DNA from: Candidatus Kerfeldbacteria bacterium RIFCSPLOWO2_02_FULL_42_19
GTDB lineage: Bacteria > Patescibacteriota > Patescibacteriia > HO2-48-17
DNA length: 64,000 nt
Direction: 5' to 3'
NCBI GenBank assembly: GCA_001818315.1
Contig: MHKF01000006.1
Coordinates: 17,148-81,147 of the forward strand
Position 1 is the first letter of the stretch. Every line of letters starts with the position of its first letter. Below are positions 9,481 through 18,915 of the stretch, piece after piece. The notes below the pieces were generated by a model, which saw only the letters and a program-made list of their open reading frames with translations, ran no database searches and was not told where the DNA came from. Made by a program: the position numbers and the translations under genes.

Positions 9481-10938
9481 ATGAGTACACGATTGCAATC
9501 GAATATACTTTTCCAGGCATTGCCACAAGCGGTGCAAGAGGTATTGTTCAAGTTGAAAGGGGCCGGTTTTGAAGGTTTTATAGTAGGCGGTTGTTTACGC
9601 GATCTTATACTTGAGCGAGCTGTACGAGATTGGGATGTGACAACGAACGCAACACCAACCGAAATTCAAAAAATCTTCCCAAAAAGTTTTTACGCAAATG
9701 CTTTTGGGACCGTCACAGTACAAAGCGACGGAATGGAAATCGAAGTGACCACATACAGATCAGAAACAAAGTATTCAGACAAACGACATCCTGATGCAGT
9801 GCAGTTTGGCGTAACTCTTGAAGATGATTTGCAACGCCGAGATTTTACTATGAACGCCATTGCGAGCGATGGCGCAATATTGCACGATCCCTTTCAAGGC
9901 AGTAAAGATATTCAGAAACGTTTGATCCGCGCAGTTGGGAACCCAAAAGAAAGATTTGAAGAAGATGCCTTGCGGATGTTGCGCGCCATTCGATTTGCTG
10001 CTGAGTTACACATGCGCATCGAATCACATACATGGTCAGCAATCCTCTCCGATGTTCGGCTGATTGATTATCTGTCAAAAGAAAGAGTGCGAGATGAAAT
10101 AATGAAGATAGTTGCGAGTGATGATCCGTTGTGCGGTTTTTGGTTACTCATGACTTCCGGTGCATTGCAACGCATCATCCCTGAACTTCTCAAAGGCGAA
10201 AATGTCAGTCAAAATAAGCATCACATATATACTGTACTGTTTCATAATCTTTTTTCCATGGCCCATTGTCCTTCAGACGATCCTCTTGTGCGTTTAGCGG
10301 CACTGTTGCACGATGTGGGAAAGCCGCACACAAAACAAGGCGAAGGCACGGAGGCCACATTTTATCAGCATGAAATTGTTGGTGCGACGATGACAAGAAA
10401 AATCATGCGCAGACTAACTTTTTCAAACGCAGCTATAGAGCGAGTTTGCCATCTTGTGCGTCATCACATGTTTTATTACAACATTGGAGAAATCACAGAT
10501 GCAGGAGTGCGGAGATTTATTCGTCGCGTTGGAAAAGAAAACATCTCTGACCTCTTTGCGGTAAGGATTGGGGATCGCATGGGTTCAGGGGTCCAAAAAG
10601 ATAAACCTTTTAAACTCATCGAATTGGAAAAACGCATCGAAGAAGTACAAAAAGATCCCATTGATACGCGCATGCTTGCTCTTGATGGAAACGACGTCAT
10701 GCGTATTGCGAAGCTTGCGCCAGGAAGGACGATCGGCATACTACTGTATACGTTACTCGAAGAAGTTTTGGAAGATCCGACGAGGAATAACAGCGAGTAT
10801 CTGGAACAAAGAATACAAGCTTTGGCAGGAGAAGCGAAACAAGGGATATTGCCAATACCTCGTATTATGAAAGAGGATCAAAAACAGCGCGAAGAAAGAC
10901 TGACAGGAGGTCAAAAGTATAAACGAGTCACTGAATGA
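9481..10938 (+). CDS. cca: CCA-adding tRNA nucleotidyltransferase with HD domain
   Basis: VGGCLRD, DWDVTT, DLQRRDFTMNA, EDALRMLRA and LLHDVGKP. Start set at ATG 9481 because the longer ORF overlaps the tRNAs. Confidence 0.9.
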   Translation: MSTRLQSNILFQALPQAVQEVLFKLKGAGFEGFIVGGCLRDLILERAVRDWDVTTNATPTEIQKIFPKSFYANAFGTVTVQSDGMEIEVTTYRSETKYSDKRHPDAVQFGVTLEDDLQRRDFTMNAIASDGAILHDPFQGSKDIQKRLIRAVGNPKERFEEDALRMLRAIRFAAELHMRIESHTWSAILSDVRLIDYLSKERVRDEIMKIVASDDPLCGFWLLMTSGALQRIIPELLKGENVSQNKHHIYTVLFHNLFSMAHCPSDDPLVRLAALLHDVGKPHTKQGEGTEATFYQHEIVGATMTRKIMRRLTFSNAAIERVCHLVRHHMFYYNIGEITDAGVRRFIRRVGKENISDLFAVRIGDRMGSGVQKDKPFKLIELEKRIEEVQKDPIDTRMLALDGNDVMRIAKLAPGRTIGILLYTLLEEVLEDPTRNNSEYLEQRIQALAGEAKQGILPIPRIMKEDQKQREERLTGGQKYKRVTE

Positions 10939-10951
10939 TGTTTTGCCGGGT

Positions 10952-11063
10952 GAGGAAGAGGATGTATATTTTTTCAAATGCGTTGTGATAGGCAACTTTA
11001 CTGCATAAAAAGAAAAGTGTGCACTATAGTGCAAAAAGTCTAGAGCCTATCTCAAAAATAGCT
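10952..11063. repeat. Palindromic element family B, copy 1 (left arm and loop, alternative right arm)
   Basis: About 80 bp highly similar to 12005-12086. Contains the perfect palindrome tgcactatagtgca; tgtgataggc can pair with gcctatctca. Confidence 0.75.
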
Positions 11064-11987
11064 CTAATGTTTACTATGATACCGCTTGTATACATCACGA
11101 AGGCGTTGATTGGTAATGTGCGTATATATTTGCGTCGTCGTAATGGAAGCGTGTCCAAGCATTGTTTGCACAGCACGAATATCAGCGCCGTTGAGAAGGA
11201 GGTCAGTAGCATAACTATGTCGAAGGGTGTGTGGAGTAATAGGTTTGGTAAGACCGGCAGCTCGAGCGTATTTTTGTATAAGTCTTTGTATGGAACGCGG
11301 CGTCAGCGGGACCGCGGTTCCTTGTCGTTTTTCAGCAAAGTCGTGACGCACAAAAAGATACGGAGACATATCTCTGCGGATGCGTATGTAGCGTCCAATC
11401 CACGCGCGAGCTATTTCAGATAAAAAAACTAATCGCAATTTTCCACCCTTGCCACGCACGGTAAATTCTTCTTTCGAAAGATTCACGTCATTCATCTTCA
11501 GACGAGAAAGTTCCGATACGCGTAACCCAGTAGAAAAGAAAACTTCTAAAATTGCTTTATCGCGCATTTTGAGAATCTCGCGCATTTTGAGTTTGAGCGG
11601 CGCATCAAGAAGTCGTGCGAGTTCGTTTCCTTCGAGAAAACTCACTTGACGATCGGGGAGCCTGCCGAGTTCGATTTTTTCTGATGCAAGTGTTGCGATA
11701 TCCTGTTTTGCAAGCCACTTAAGGAAACTCCGTAAAGCAATGAGGTGATAATTTTGGGTCGTAGTACGCAGAGGTTCAGAAGTTTTTGGATCGACAATGC
11801 GGTGGAGCCACAAACGGTATTTGTGCACCAGAGGAGCAGTAATATGATTGGGTTTTGAAATTCCTGCCCACCGTACAAATTTATGCAGCGAATAATCGTA
11901 GTTACGAATCGTCAGAGCGGAACGATTTTTTTCAACTTCAAGATATTCAAGAAATTGCGTAATGAGTTCTAAAAGTTGTGATTTCAT
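11064..11987 (-). CDS. XerC/XerD-family tyrosine recombinase
   Basis: TGLRVSEL, VRGKGGKLR, TPHTLRHSYAT and LGHASITTTQIYTH give the R-K-H-R-H-Y catalytic set. No integron-integrase insertion is evident. Confidence 0.93.
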   Translation of the reverse strand: MKSQLLELITQFLEYLEVEKNRSALTIRNYDYSLHKFVRWAGISKPNHITAPLVHKYRLWLHRIVDPKTSEPLRTTTQNYHLIALRSFLKWLAKQDIATLASEKIELGRLPDRQVSFLEGNELARLLDAPLKLKMREILKMRDKAILEVFFSTGLRVSELSRLKMNDVNLSKEEFTVRGKGGKLRLVFLSEIARAWIGRYIRIRRDMSPYLFVRHDFAEKRQGTAVPLTPRSIQRLIQKYARAAGLTKPITPHTLRHSYATDLLLNGADIRAVQTMLGHASITTTQIYTHITNQRLRDVYKRYHSKH

Positions 11988-12003
11988 ACTTGTACAAGAA
12001 TAT

Positions 12004-12159
12004 CGAGGAAGGAGGAGTATATATTTTCTTCAAATGTGTTGTGATAGGCAACTTTACTACATACAGAGGAAAGTGTGCACTGTAGTCACTCTTTCAAATA
12101 CAAATCGTCCATGTTTGGATATCACCGCATTTGAAAAAATATATGCTCCTCCTTCCTCG
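12004..12159. repeat. Palindromic element family B, copy 2
   Basis: Imperfect IR of about 40 bp (cgaggaaggaggagtatatatttt...gtgata / tatcac...aaaaatatatgctcctccttcctcg) around a ~75-nt loop. Confidence 0.85.
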
Positions 12160-12199
12160 TCTTCGATGGCAGAATAAAAAGATTTCGAAGACAGAGTAC

Positions 12200-13075
12200 T
12201 TAAATAATGTGCAAAATTTCTTTTACTTTTTCAGAGATAGCATGAGTATCGAGATTTGCTTTGATCAGATAATCAGCCGCTCCAAGTTCACGGGCGCGAT
12301 TTCGAAAACTCTCTTGGTCGAAATTCGAAATGATAATAGTAGGGATAGAATGAAATTGTTCGGATTTACGGAGTTGTTCCATAACCTCAAAACCGTCCAT
12401 ATCAGGGAGTCGGATATCGAGTAAAATAATATCCGGCATCCAACGCTGAATTTTTGGCAATACACTTTCGCCATCAATGACAATCTCGACATCAAATCCA
12501 TCACGGAAGAGTTGCATATATGCCAAATCAGAGAGCATTTTATCGTCTTCTACAAGAAGCACTTTCTTTTTTTCTCTCATCGGTATAGCAGCGTGTTGGT
12601 CGTCAATAGATTCGAGATCAGAACCAATATTGCGACCCGAATCATCAAAAGCATGTCGGTTCTGAGGTGTATCTGTTTCTTTGAGACATGCTCTTACTTT
12701 ACTGAGAACCTCTTGTGGCGAAAACTCCGCCTTGATGAGATAATCACAAATACCAAAGGCAAGGAAACGCTCGAGTTCCACAGGTTGCCCAGAATTAGAA
12801 ATAATGAGCACTGGCAAATCCTGAGTATATTCATGGGCACGTAAATGCTCCATAACTTGATATCCATCTTTTTTTGGCAATCGGATGTCTAATAGTAAAA
12901 GATCGGGTTTGCGCTGTTGAATTTTCATTAAACCCGCAACACCATCTGGCGCAATATCAACTTCATAGCCGACACTCATCAATTTTTTTCGAATGATATC
13001 GGCTAAGATCGGCTCATCTTCAACAATCAGAATGTAAAATGGACTATGAGTGGAATTTTGTTTTTCTGAATTCAT
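12200..13075 (-). CDS. Tandem double-receiver response regulator (no output domain)
   Basis: Two REC domains (IVEDE...LLLLDIRLP and LVEDD...IILLDIRLP). Start at ATG 13075; the longer ORF runs through the repeat. Confidence 0.88.
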   Translation of the reverse strand: MNSEKQNSTHSPFYILIVEDEPILADIIRKKLMSVGYEVDIAPDGVAGLMKIQQRKPDLLLLDIRLPKKDGYQVMEHLRAHEYTQDLPVLIISNSGQPVELERFLAFGICDYLIKAEFSPQEVLSKVRACLKETDTPQNRHAFDDSGRNIGSDLESIDDQHAAIPMREKKKVLLVEDDKMLSDLAYMQLFRDGFDVEIVIDGESVLPKIQRWMPDIILLDIRLPDMDGFEVMEQLRKSEQFHSIPTIIISNFDQESFRNRARELGAADYLIKANLDTHAISEKVKEILHII

Positions 13076-13103
13076 AAGAGAGCGGAAACAATAATGTGGA
13101 GAT

Positions 13104-13262
13104 AGATCATAAGGGGGAGCGATATATTTCTTTGAATGCGATGTGATAGGAAGGTATAACGTACACCGAGGAAATTGAGCACAGAAGAAATTTGCTGCAA
13201 TATAAGGGTTCATCTCTGGAGATCACCACATTCAAAAAATATATCGCTCCCCCTTATGATCT
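13104..13262. repeat. Palindromic element family B, copy 3
   Basis: IR agatcataagggggagcgatatattt...gtgat / atcac...aaatatatcgctcccccttatgatct. The 74-nt loop aligns with the copy 2 loop. Confidence 0.85.
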
Positions 13263-13304
13263 GATTTCAGAATTATTTAAAGCATCTGACTATATCATAC
13301 CAAA

Positions 13305-15026
13305 TTATCGTATACCTTGAAATTCTTGAAATTGAGCATAAGAAGGAAGGCGAATAAAAAATGTTGTTCCTTTGCCTTCTTCACTGGTAAAAGAAATAGA
13401 ACCTCGGTGTTCTTCCAAAACATTTTTGGCAATAAAAAGTCCGAGTCCCGACCCCTCAGTTTGCAAACGGACGACATTTTCCGCACGAAAAAATTTGCTA
13501 AAAATATAACGTTGTTGCGATTGCGGTACGCCGACACCGGTGTCTTGGATAGCGCAAGTGAGGAAATTTTCTTTTGCATCATAATTCAATTGAATACGTA
13601 TCATGCCCCCGGATTTAGTATAGCGAATGGCATTATCAATCAGATTTTGAAATACCATACGTAATTTAGATTCATCCGCATAAATCGATGGAAGTTTCAC
13701 AGGAGGAATATCAAGTACAAGCTGCAAGTTGCTTTCCTTCAGAGCATGATCGAATTCTTGTACAATTTTTCGTAAAAAATCATCCAACGCTATTTTTTTA
13801 AATTCGTACCGGAAACGTCCCTCCTCAATTCGCGAGGCATCTAAAAGATCATTAACGAGATTGATCATGCGTTGATTACTCACAAAACCTTTTTCAAGCA
13901 TCTCATATTGCGATTCGTTTAATTTTCCGAGATCTCCATCGCGTACCATCTGCAGAGCCCATTTAATTGCAGTCAAGGGAGTACGCAATTGATGCGCTGC
14001 GACAGAAATAAATTCAGATTTTAGTTTATCAACAAGTTTTTCACGAGTAATATCGTGGATAATGATCATTTTACCGATGAACTCGCCATACAGATCCTGT
14101 ACTGGGAGCGGTGTGACTTCAAAAGAACGCTCGCGATTTTTTTCACCGAGAACATATTCAAAAGATGGCAGAGCTGATACATGAAGTTCGGTATATTTTT
14201 GTTGGGCCGGAGTGAAAAGGAGGGTGTGCAAGCGCTGCAATGCAGGTTCGGGGTTTTCATGTGGATCAAAACTATGCTGCAAAACATCTTGCGTGCGGAC
14301 ACCTACAATCGCTTCTGCTGCCGGATTCATAAAAAGCAACCGATTCGAAGGATCAAGTAAAATGATGCCATCAGGAAGATCGTGAATAATGGAGTCGATA
14401 CGGTGGCGTTCGGAAAAAATTTGCTCTTCTCGCCGTCGAATCATCGCTCCAATAAATGCGCCAAAGACAGCAACGGCCGTAATCCAAAGCACAGTTGCAA
14501 TAGCATTAAGAACCGTCGCTTCTGCATTTCCATACACACCAAGAGTAGCTTCGGTATAGCGAGGAAAATGTGGCAATATATGTAAATGTTCGAGGGTATA
14601 CAATAGCAATAGCCATAGGTCACTACCGAGGGCAAATAAAACTACCGCACGAGCAGAAAAGGCGGTAATAGTAAAAAAAGTTATGAAATGAAAGAGATGT
14701 ACTGCTACGCTTTCAATGCCTCCAGTAATACTCACAGCAATGGTCAGGAAAAATTGAACAAGGAGGACATTCAGTGTGAGTAAGATGCGAAGCGTGGAAG
14801 TCGGAAGTTGATGTCGTTTAAGAAAAAAGAGCGAATTAATGATGTTACTCGCACCAGTAAGCAGCAACACTATGATCATGTATTCTAGCGTCTGTGGAAA
14901 AATAGTGAGGGAAAATCCACGAATAAAAAACATTACAAGAATGACAACAACGATAATAAGCCACATGCCGTATATCAGCCATGTAAGAGGTGCAAGGAGT
15001 TTTTCGCGTTCGAATTCATTCGTCAT
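13305..15026 (-). CDS. Multi-TM PAS sensor histidine kinase
   Basis: About 6 TM helices, PAS (DLPDGIILLD...MNPAAE), HQLRTPL, NLIDNAIRY, GSGLGL. Confidence 0.92.
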   Translation of the reverse strand: MTNEFEREKLLAPLTWLIYGMWLIIVVVILVMFFIRGFSLTIFPQTLEYMIIVLLLTGASNIINSLFFLKRHQLPTSTLRILLTLNVLLVQFFLTIAVSITGGIESVAVHLFHFITFFTITAFSARAVVLFALGSDLWLLLLYTLEHLHILPHFPRYTEATLGVYGNAEATVLNAIATVLWITAVAVFGAFIGAMIRRREEQIFSERHRIDSIIHDLPDGIILLDPSNRLLFMNPAAEAIVGVRTQDVLQHSFDPHENPEPALQRLHTLLFTPAQQKYTELHVSALPSFEYVLGEKNRERSFEVTPLPVQDLYGEFIGKMIIIHDITREKLVDKLKSEFISVAAHQLRTPLTAIKWALQMVRDGDLGKLNESQYEMLEKGFVSNQRMINLVNDLLDASRIEEGRFRYEFKKIALDDFLRKIVQEFDHALKESNLQLVLDIPPVKLPSIYADESKLRMVFQNLIDNAIRYTKSGGMIRIQLNYDAKENFLTCAIQDTGVGVPQSQQRYIFSKFFRAENVVRLQTEGSGLGLFIAKNVLEEHRGSISFTSEEGKGTTFFIRLPSYAQFQEFQGIR

Positions 15027-15215
15027 AAGTAGGAATGTCGTGTCTTAGAGAAGAAATTCACCAAGCGCATCATTCCTCTGAATAAAAAATCACAAGACTT
15101 GCCTACGCAGAGTCGTGTAATTTTAAAACAAAAAACAACGGTTTCATGCAATATTGTGTATTTGTTATCTTTAAATATCATAACATAGATAGACGATTTT
15201 TTCAACGACACCTAT

Positions 15216-15244
15216 TTGACCTCCTCAGAGTAAAATGTTACTCT
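15216..15244 (+). promoter_or_regulatory. Putative sigma70 promoter of the rpsO-pnp operon
   Basis: TTGACC-17 bp-TACTCT with a TG extension. Confidence 0.45.
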
Positions 15245-15290
15245 TAAGTTCACGTCTCAAGGCTCAGTTCCATAAAAAAATTTATACACT

Positions 15291-15572
15291 ATGCTTACCA
15301 AAGAAGACAAAGATCAAATCATCGGCAAGTTTAAAACGCACGAAAAAGATACCGGCAGTAGCGCGATTCAAATAGCATTGCTTTCTGTAGAAGTAAATAA
15401 ACTCACGCAACATTTACAAAAACATAAGAAAGATCATTCTTCACGAAGAGGATTGTTGCGAATGGTAGGACAGCGGCGAAGACTGCTAAAGTACTTACAA
15501 AAGGAAAATGTAAAACTTTCCGAAGAAGTAATTAAAAAATTGAAAATAAAACCAATCAAAGAAAAAGTATGA
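15291..15572 (+). CDS. rpsO: 30S ribosomal protein S15
   Basis: DTGSSAIQIALL and HKKDHSSRRGLLRMVGQRRRLLKYL. Confidence 0.97.
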   Translation: MLTKEDKDQIIGKFKTHEKDTGSSAIQIALLSVEVNKLTQHLQKHKKDHSSRRGLLRMVGQRRRLLKYLQKENVKLSEEVIKKLKIKPIKEKV

Positions 15573-16153
15573 AAAATACATTACCGCAACCGGAGCAACG
15601 TGTCGGTGTGTTTGTTGACATCCAGAACATGTATTATTCAGCAAAACATCTCTTTGATAGCAAAGTAGATTTTGGCAAAATTCTTGCCGAGGCTGTGGCC
15701 GGAAGAAAGTTAATTCGTGCTATGGCGTATGTTATTAAAGCTGATGTCGGAGAAGAAGCGCATTTTTTTGAGGCACTCAACAGCCAGGGATATGAAGTGC
15801 GCGTGAAGGAATTGCAAACATTCTACAGCGGAGTCAAAAAAGGCGATTGGGATGTGGGGGTTTCTATGGATGTTGTGCGTCTTGCGTCCAAAATTGATGT
15901 TGTTGTGCTCGTTTCCGGTGATGGAGATTATGCAGAGTTAATAAAATACGTAAAGGCGCTTGGCTGCAAGGCGGAAATCATGGCTTTTGGAGAATCTTCA
16001 TCAATTCATTTGCGAGAGGCTGCAGATGATTTTATTAATCTTTCGGAATTTGCAGAACATTTCCTGATTAAAAACAATGGAAAAATAAAAAAGCGACGCA
16101 TAATTACAGGAACCAAAAATGTTAACAAGAAAGAAGTGAAAAAAACTGAGTAG
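15569..16153 (+). CDS. NYN-domain (LabA/DUF88, PIN-like) protein
   Basis: VFVDIQNMY, KGDWDVG and LVSGDGDY motifs. Confidence 0.88.
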   Translation: MKNTLPQPEQRVGVFVDIQNMYYSAKHLFDSKVDFGKILAEAVAGRKLIRAMAYVIKADVGEEAHFFEALNSQGYEVRVKELQTFYSGVKKGDWDVGVSMDVVRLASKIDVVVLVSGDGDYAELIKYVKALGCKAEIMAFGESSSIHLREAADDFINLSEFAEHFLIKNNGKIKKRRIITGTKNVNKKEVKKTE

Positions 16154-16154
16154 C

Positions 16155-16685
16155 ATGAAAAAAATTTTCTGGATCGTTATTATAGGCAGCTTATTTGGAG
16201 CGATTTTTATTTTTACAAGAATTGTTTTTTCAGAGCAAACGAAGGTCAATCAAAATACCAATGTAACTGCGTCAGTGGAACAGCAAGAAGATGGGGCAGA
16301 GACAAGATCATCTTCATTATCGCCAGACACATTGCAGGAGGACATTTTTGAGTTCAATGGAGAGAAAACTTTTACACTGCGACACTCCGGCGAGGTGACG
16401 AAAACCACCGCTGAAGATATCACGACATTCATCATACCAGAAGGATCTATTTCAATAGTACCGCTCTCATACGAAGGTATTATTCGACACAGTCTCAGCG
16501 TACAGCAAGAAGAAAAAATTGTTATCGACGGGCGTGATGCTGTAAAAATTGCAGGTGCCTCTGCAAAAGACGGTACGTTCTTCACTTACATTCTTCTTAC
16601 CGAGGGAAATAAGTTGTACGAATTCCAAGGAAGTGATACATTTCTTACTAAGTTAGTGCCTGAAACATTTCATTTCTTACGATAA
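16155..16685 (+). CDS. Hypothetical protein with N-terminal TM anchor
   Basis: 176-aa ORF tightly packed in the operon, with a hydrophobic N-terminus. Confidence 0.7.
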   Translation: MKKIFWIVIIGSLFGAIFIFTRIVFSEQTKVNQNTNVTASVEQQEDGAETRSSSLSPDTLQEDIFEFNGEKTFTLRHSGEVTKTTAEDITTFIIPEGSISIVPLSYEGIIRHSLSVQQEEKIVIDGRDAVKIAGASAKDGTFFTYILLTEGNKLYEFQGSDTFLTKLVPETFHFLR

Positions 16686-16689
16686 ATAC

Positions 16690-18915
16690 ATGTCAGAAGT
16701 ACATCATTTCGCGACCGACGTAGGTGGCAAATCCCTGCGTTTGCAAATTGGAAAACTTGCAAAACAATCGAACGCCAGTGTCATTGCTCAGTATGGCGAT
16801 ACGATGGTCTTAGCAACAGCAGTCATGGGAAAACAGCCAACATCGCTTTCATATTTTCCATTACTCGTAGATTATGAAGAGCGATTGTATGCCGCAGGAA
16901 AAATCAAAGGTTCTCGTTTTATAAAAAGAGAAGGTAAACCGAGTGACGAAGCTATTCTCAGCGGTAGGTTGATTGATCGGTCATTGCGTCCGCTTTTTGA
17001 TCAACGGCTTCGCAGAGAAGTGCAGGTTGTGATCACTATTCTTTCGATTGACAAGGTCAATGATCCGGATTTTCCGGCAATGATTGCTGCTTCGTGTGCG
17101 CTGGCAATTTCTGAAATTCCTTGGGAGGGTCCTATTGGCGCAGTTGCGTTGGGATACGTCGACGGCAATTGGATAGTGAATCCGAGTATGGAACAAAAAG
17201 CAACCGCACCGCTGGAACTTTTTGTTTCTGGTAAAGGAAGTGATGTGATTATGATTGAAGCTAAAGGTCATGAAGTAGAAGAAAAACTCATTGAAGAAGG
17301 GCTCAAAAAAAGCGTAGAAGAAATTCAAAAAATGACAAAATTTTTTAAGGATATCCAGAATAAAATCGGAAAGCCAAAAGAAATGCAGCTCTTTACCGAA
17401 GGAGTGACAGACGAAGAGAAGCAACAACAGAAAATAATCGACGCAAAACTTACCAAACTCCTGAAAGATCAATATGCGGTACTGATGCAGAGTCCAAATA
17501 AGGAAGTCAGAAATCGAGAATTACAAAACATCGAAACAACATGTGTTGCGCAATTGCAAAAAGAATTGCCAGAAATAACAGAAACAAACATTGGATATGC
17601 GAAGCAAGAAATAAACGCAATACTTGAATTACACGCAACAAAGTATGTCATAGAAAAAGGAGTGCGCATTGACGAAAGGAAGGCGTCAGAAATACGCGAA
17701 ATTTCTGCAGAGGTGAGTATTATTCCTCGTGCACACGGATCAGGATTATTTACACGTGGAGAAACGCAGATTCTTTCTGTAGCAACACTTGGAGCCCCTG
17801 GCGATAAGCAAGTATTGGATGAAATGGAAATTGAGGGCGAGAAAAGTTTTATGCATCATTACAATTTTCCAGGGTTTAGCGTAGGTGAAGTCAAACCTAT
17901 GCGAGGTCCAGGGCGACGTGAAATTGGACATGGAGCGCTCGCGGAAAAGGCCCTCTTACCGGTGATACCAACAGATAAGTCAGCCTTTCCCTATACTATT
18001 CGACTTGTTTCAGAGACCCTGTCTTCGAACGGATCTTCTTCACAGGCATCTATTTGCGCATCTTCACTCGCCCTCATGGATGCTGGAGTACCTATTTCCG
18101 CGCATGTAGCTGGTATCGCGATGGGTATGATGTCCGATCCTAAGACTGGGAAACACACGTTGCTCACGGATATTCAAGGTATCGAAGATCATGCAGGTGA
18201 TATGGATTTTAAAATTGCAGGAACTCGCAAGGGAGTGACGGCAATACAACTTGATATTAAACTCGGGGGTATTACGCTTGATGTTTGTAAAGAAGCGCTT
18301 GAGGGAGCAAAAAATGCACGAGCAAGAATACTTGATTTGATGGAATCAATTATTCCAGCGCCTCGCAAAGAGCTCTCAATCTACGCGCCTCGTATTGAAA
18401 GTGTGCGTATTAATCCCGATAAAATTCGTGAAGTGATTGGCGCAGGCGGGAAAACAATCAACAAAATTATTGAAGAAACAGAAGTAGATATTGACATTGA
18501 AGATGATGGTCTTGTGATGATTACTTCCACAAATGCAGAAAATTTAGCACGCGCAAAAGCATGGATCGAAGAAATCGTCAAAGAAATAGAAGCTGGAGAA
18601 ATTTATGAAGGAAAAATAACACAGATCATTAAAGATCGTAATAACGGTAATGATATCGGTGCCATTGTCCAGCTCACTACTATGAAGGATGGAATGATTC
18701 ATATCTCGGAAATAGCTCATGAACGCATACGTCGCATTACTGATGTCGTGAATATTGGTGACCAAGTACGCGTGAAGGTTCTACGCGTGGATCATAACAC
18801 GGGCCGTGTTGAGCTTTCACGAAAAGAGTTGTTAGAAAACACACAGGGCACTCATGATCGTCCGGAACGAAGACGACCTGGGTTACGCGGAAAAATGGAT
18901 CGCAGATCACGCTAA
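16690..18915 (+). CDS. pnp: Polyribonucleotide nucleotidyltransferase (PNPase)
   Basis: RLIDRSLRPLF, FTRGETQ, RREIGHGALAE, SNGSSS and GDMDFK motifs, then KH and S1 domains. Confidence 0.97.
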   Translation: MSEVHHFATDVGGKSLRLQIGKLAKQSNASVIAQYGDTMVLATAVMGKQPTSLSYFPLLVDYEERLYAAGKIKGSRFIKREGKPSDEAILSGRLIDRSLRPLFDQRLRREVQVVITILSIDKVNDPDFPAMIAASCALAISEIPWEGPIGAVALGYVDGNWIVNPSMEQKATAPLELFVSGKGSDVIMIEAKGHEVEEKLIEEGLKKSVEEIQKMTKFFKDIQNKIGKPKEMQLFTEGVTDEEKQQQKIIDAKLTKLLKDQYAVLMQSPNKEVRNRELQNIETTCVAQLQKELPEITETNIGYAKQEINAILELHATKYVIEKGVRIDERKASEIREISAEVSIIPRAHGSGLFTRGETQILSVATLGAPGDKQVLDEMEIEGEKSFMHHYNFPGFSVGEVKPMRGPGRREIGHGALAEKALLPVIPTDKSAFPYTIRLVSETLSSNGSSSQASICASSLALMDAGVPISAHVAGIAMGMMSDPKTGKHTLLTDIQGIEDHAGDMDFKIAGTRKGVTAIQLDIKLGGITLDVCKEALEGAKNARARILDLMESIIPAPRKELSIYAPRIESVRINPDKIREVIGAGGKTINKIIEETEVDIDIEDDGLVMITSTNAENLARAKAWIEEIVKEIEAGEIYEGKITQIIKDRNNGNDIGAIVQLTTMKDGMIHISEIAHERIRRITDVVNIGDQVRVKVLRVDHNTGRVELSRKELLENTQGTHDRPERRRPGLRGKMDRRSR

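Noticed and set aside
13076-13213. N-terminal extension of the double-receiver ORF
   Set aside because: It is translated from palindromic repeat B copy 3.
10952-13262. Classical integron (IntI plus attC array)
   Set aside because: The recombinase has no evident IntI-specific insertion and looks like housekeeping Xer. The repeats lack RYYYAAC/GTTRRRY ends, and the enclosed genes are not typical cassettes.
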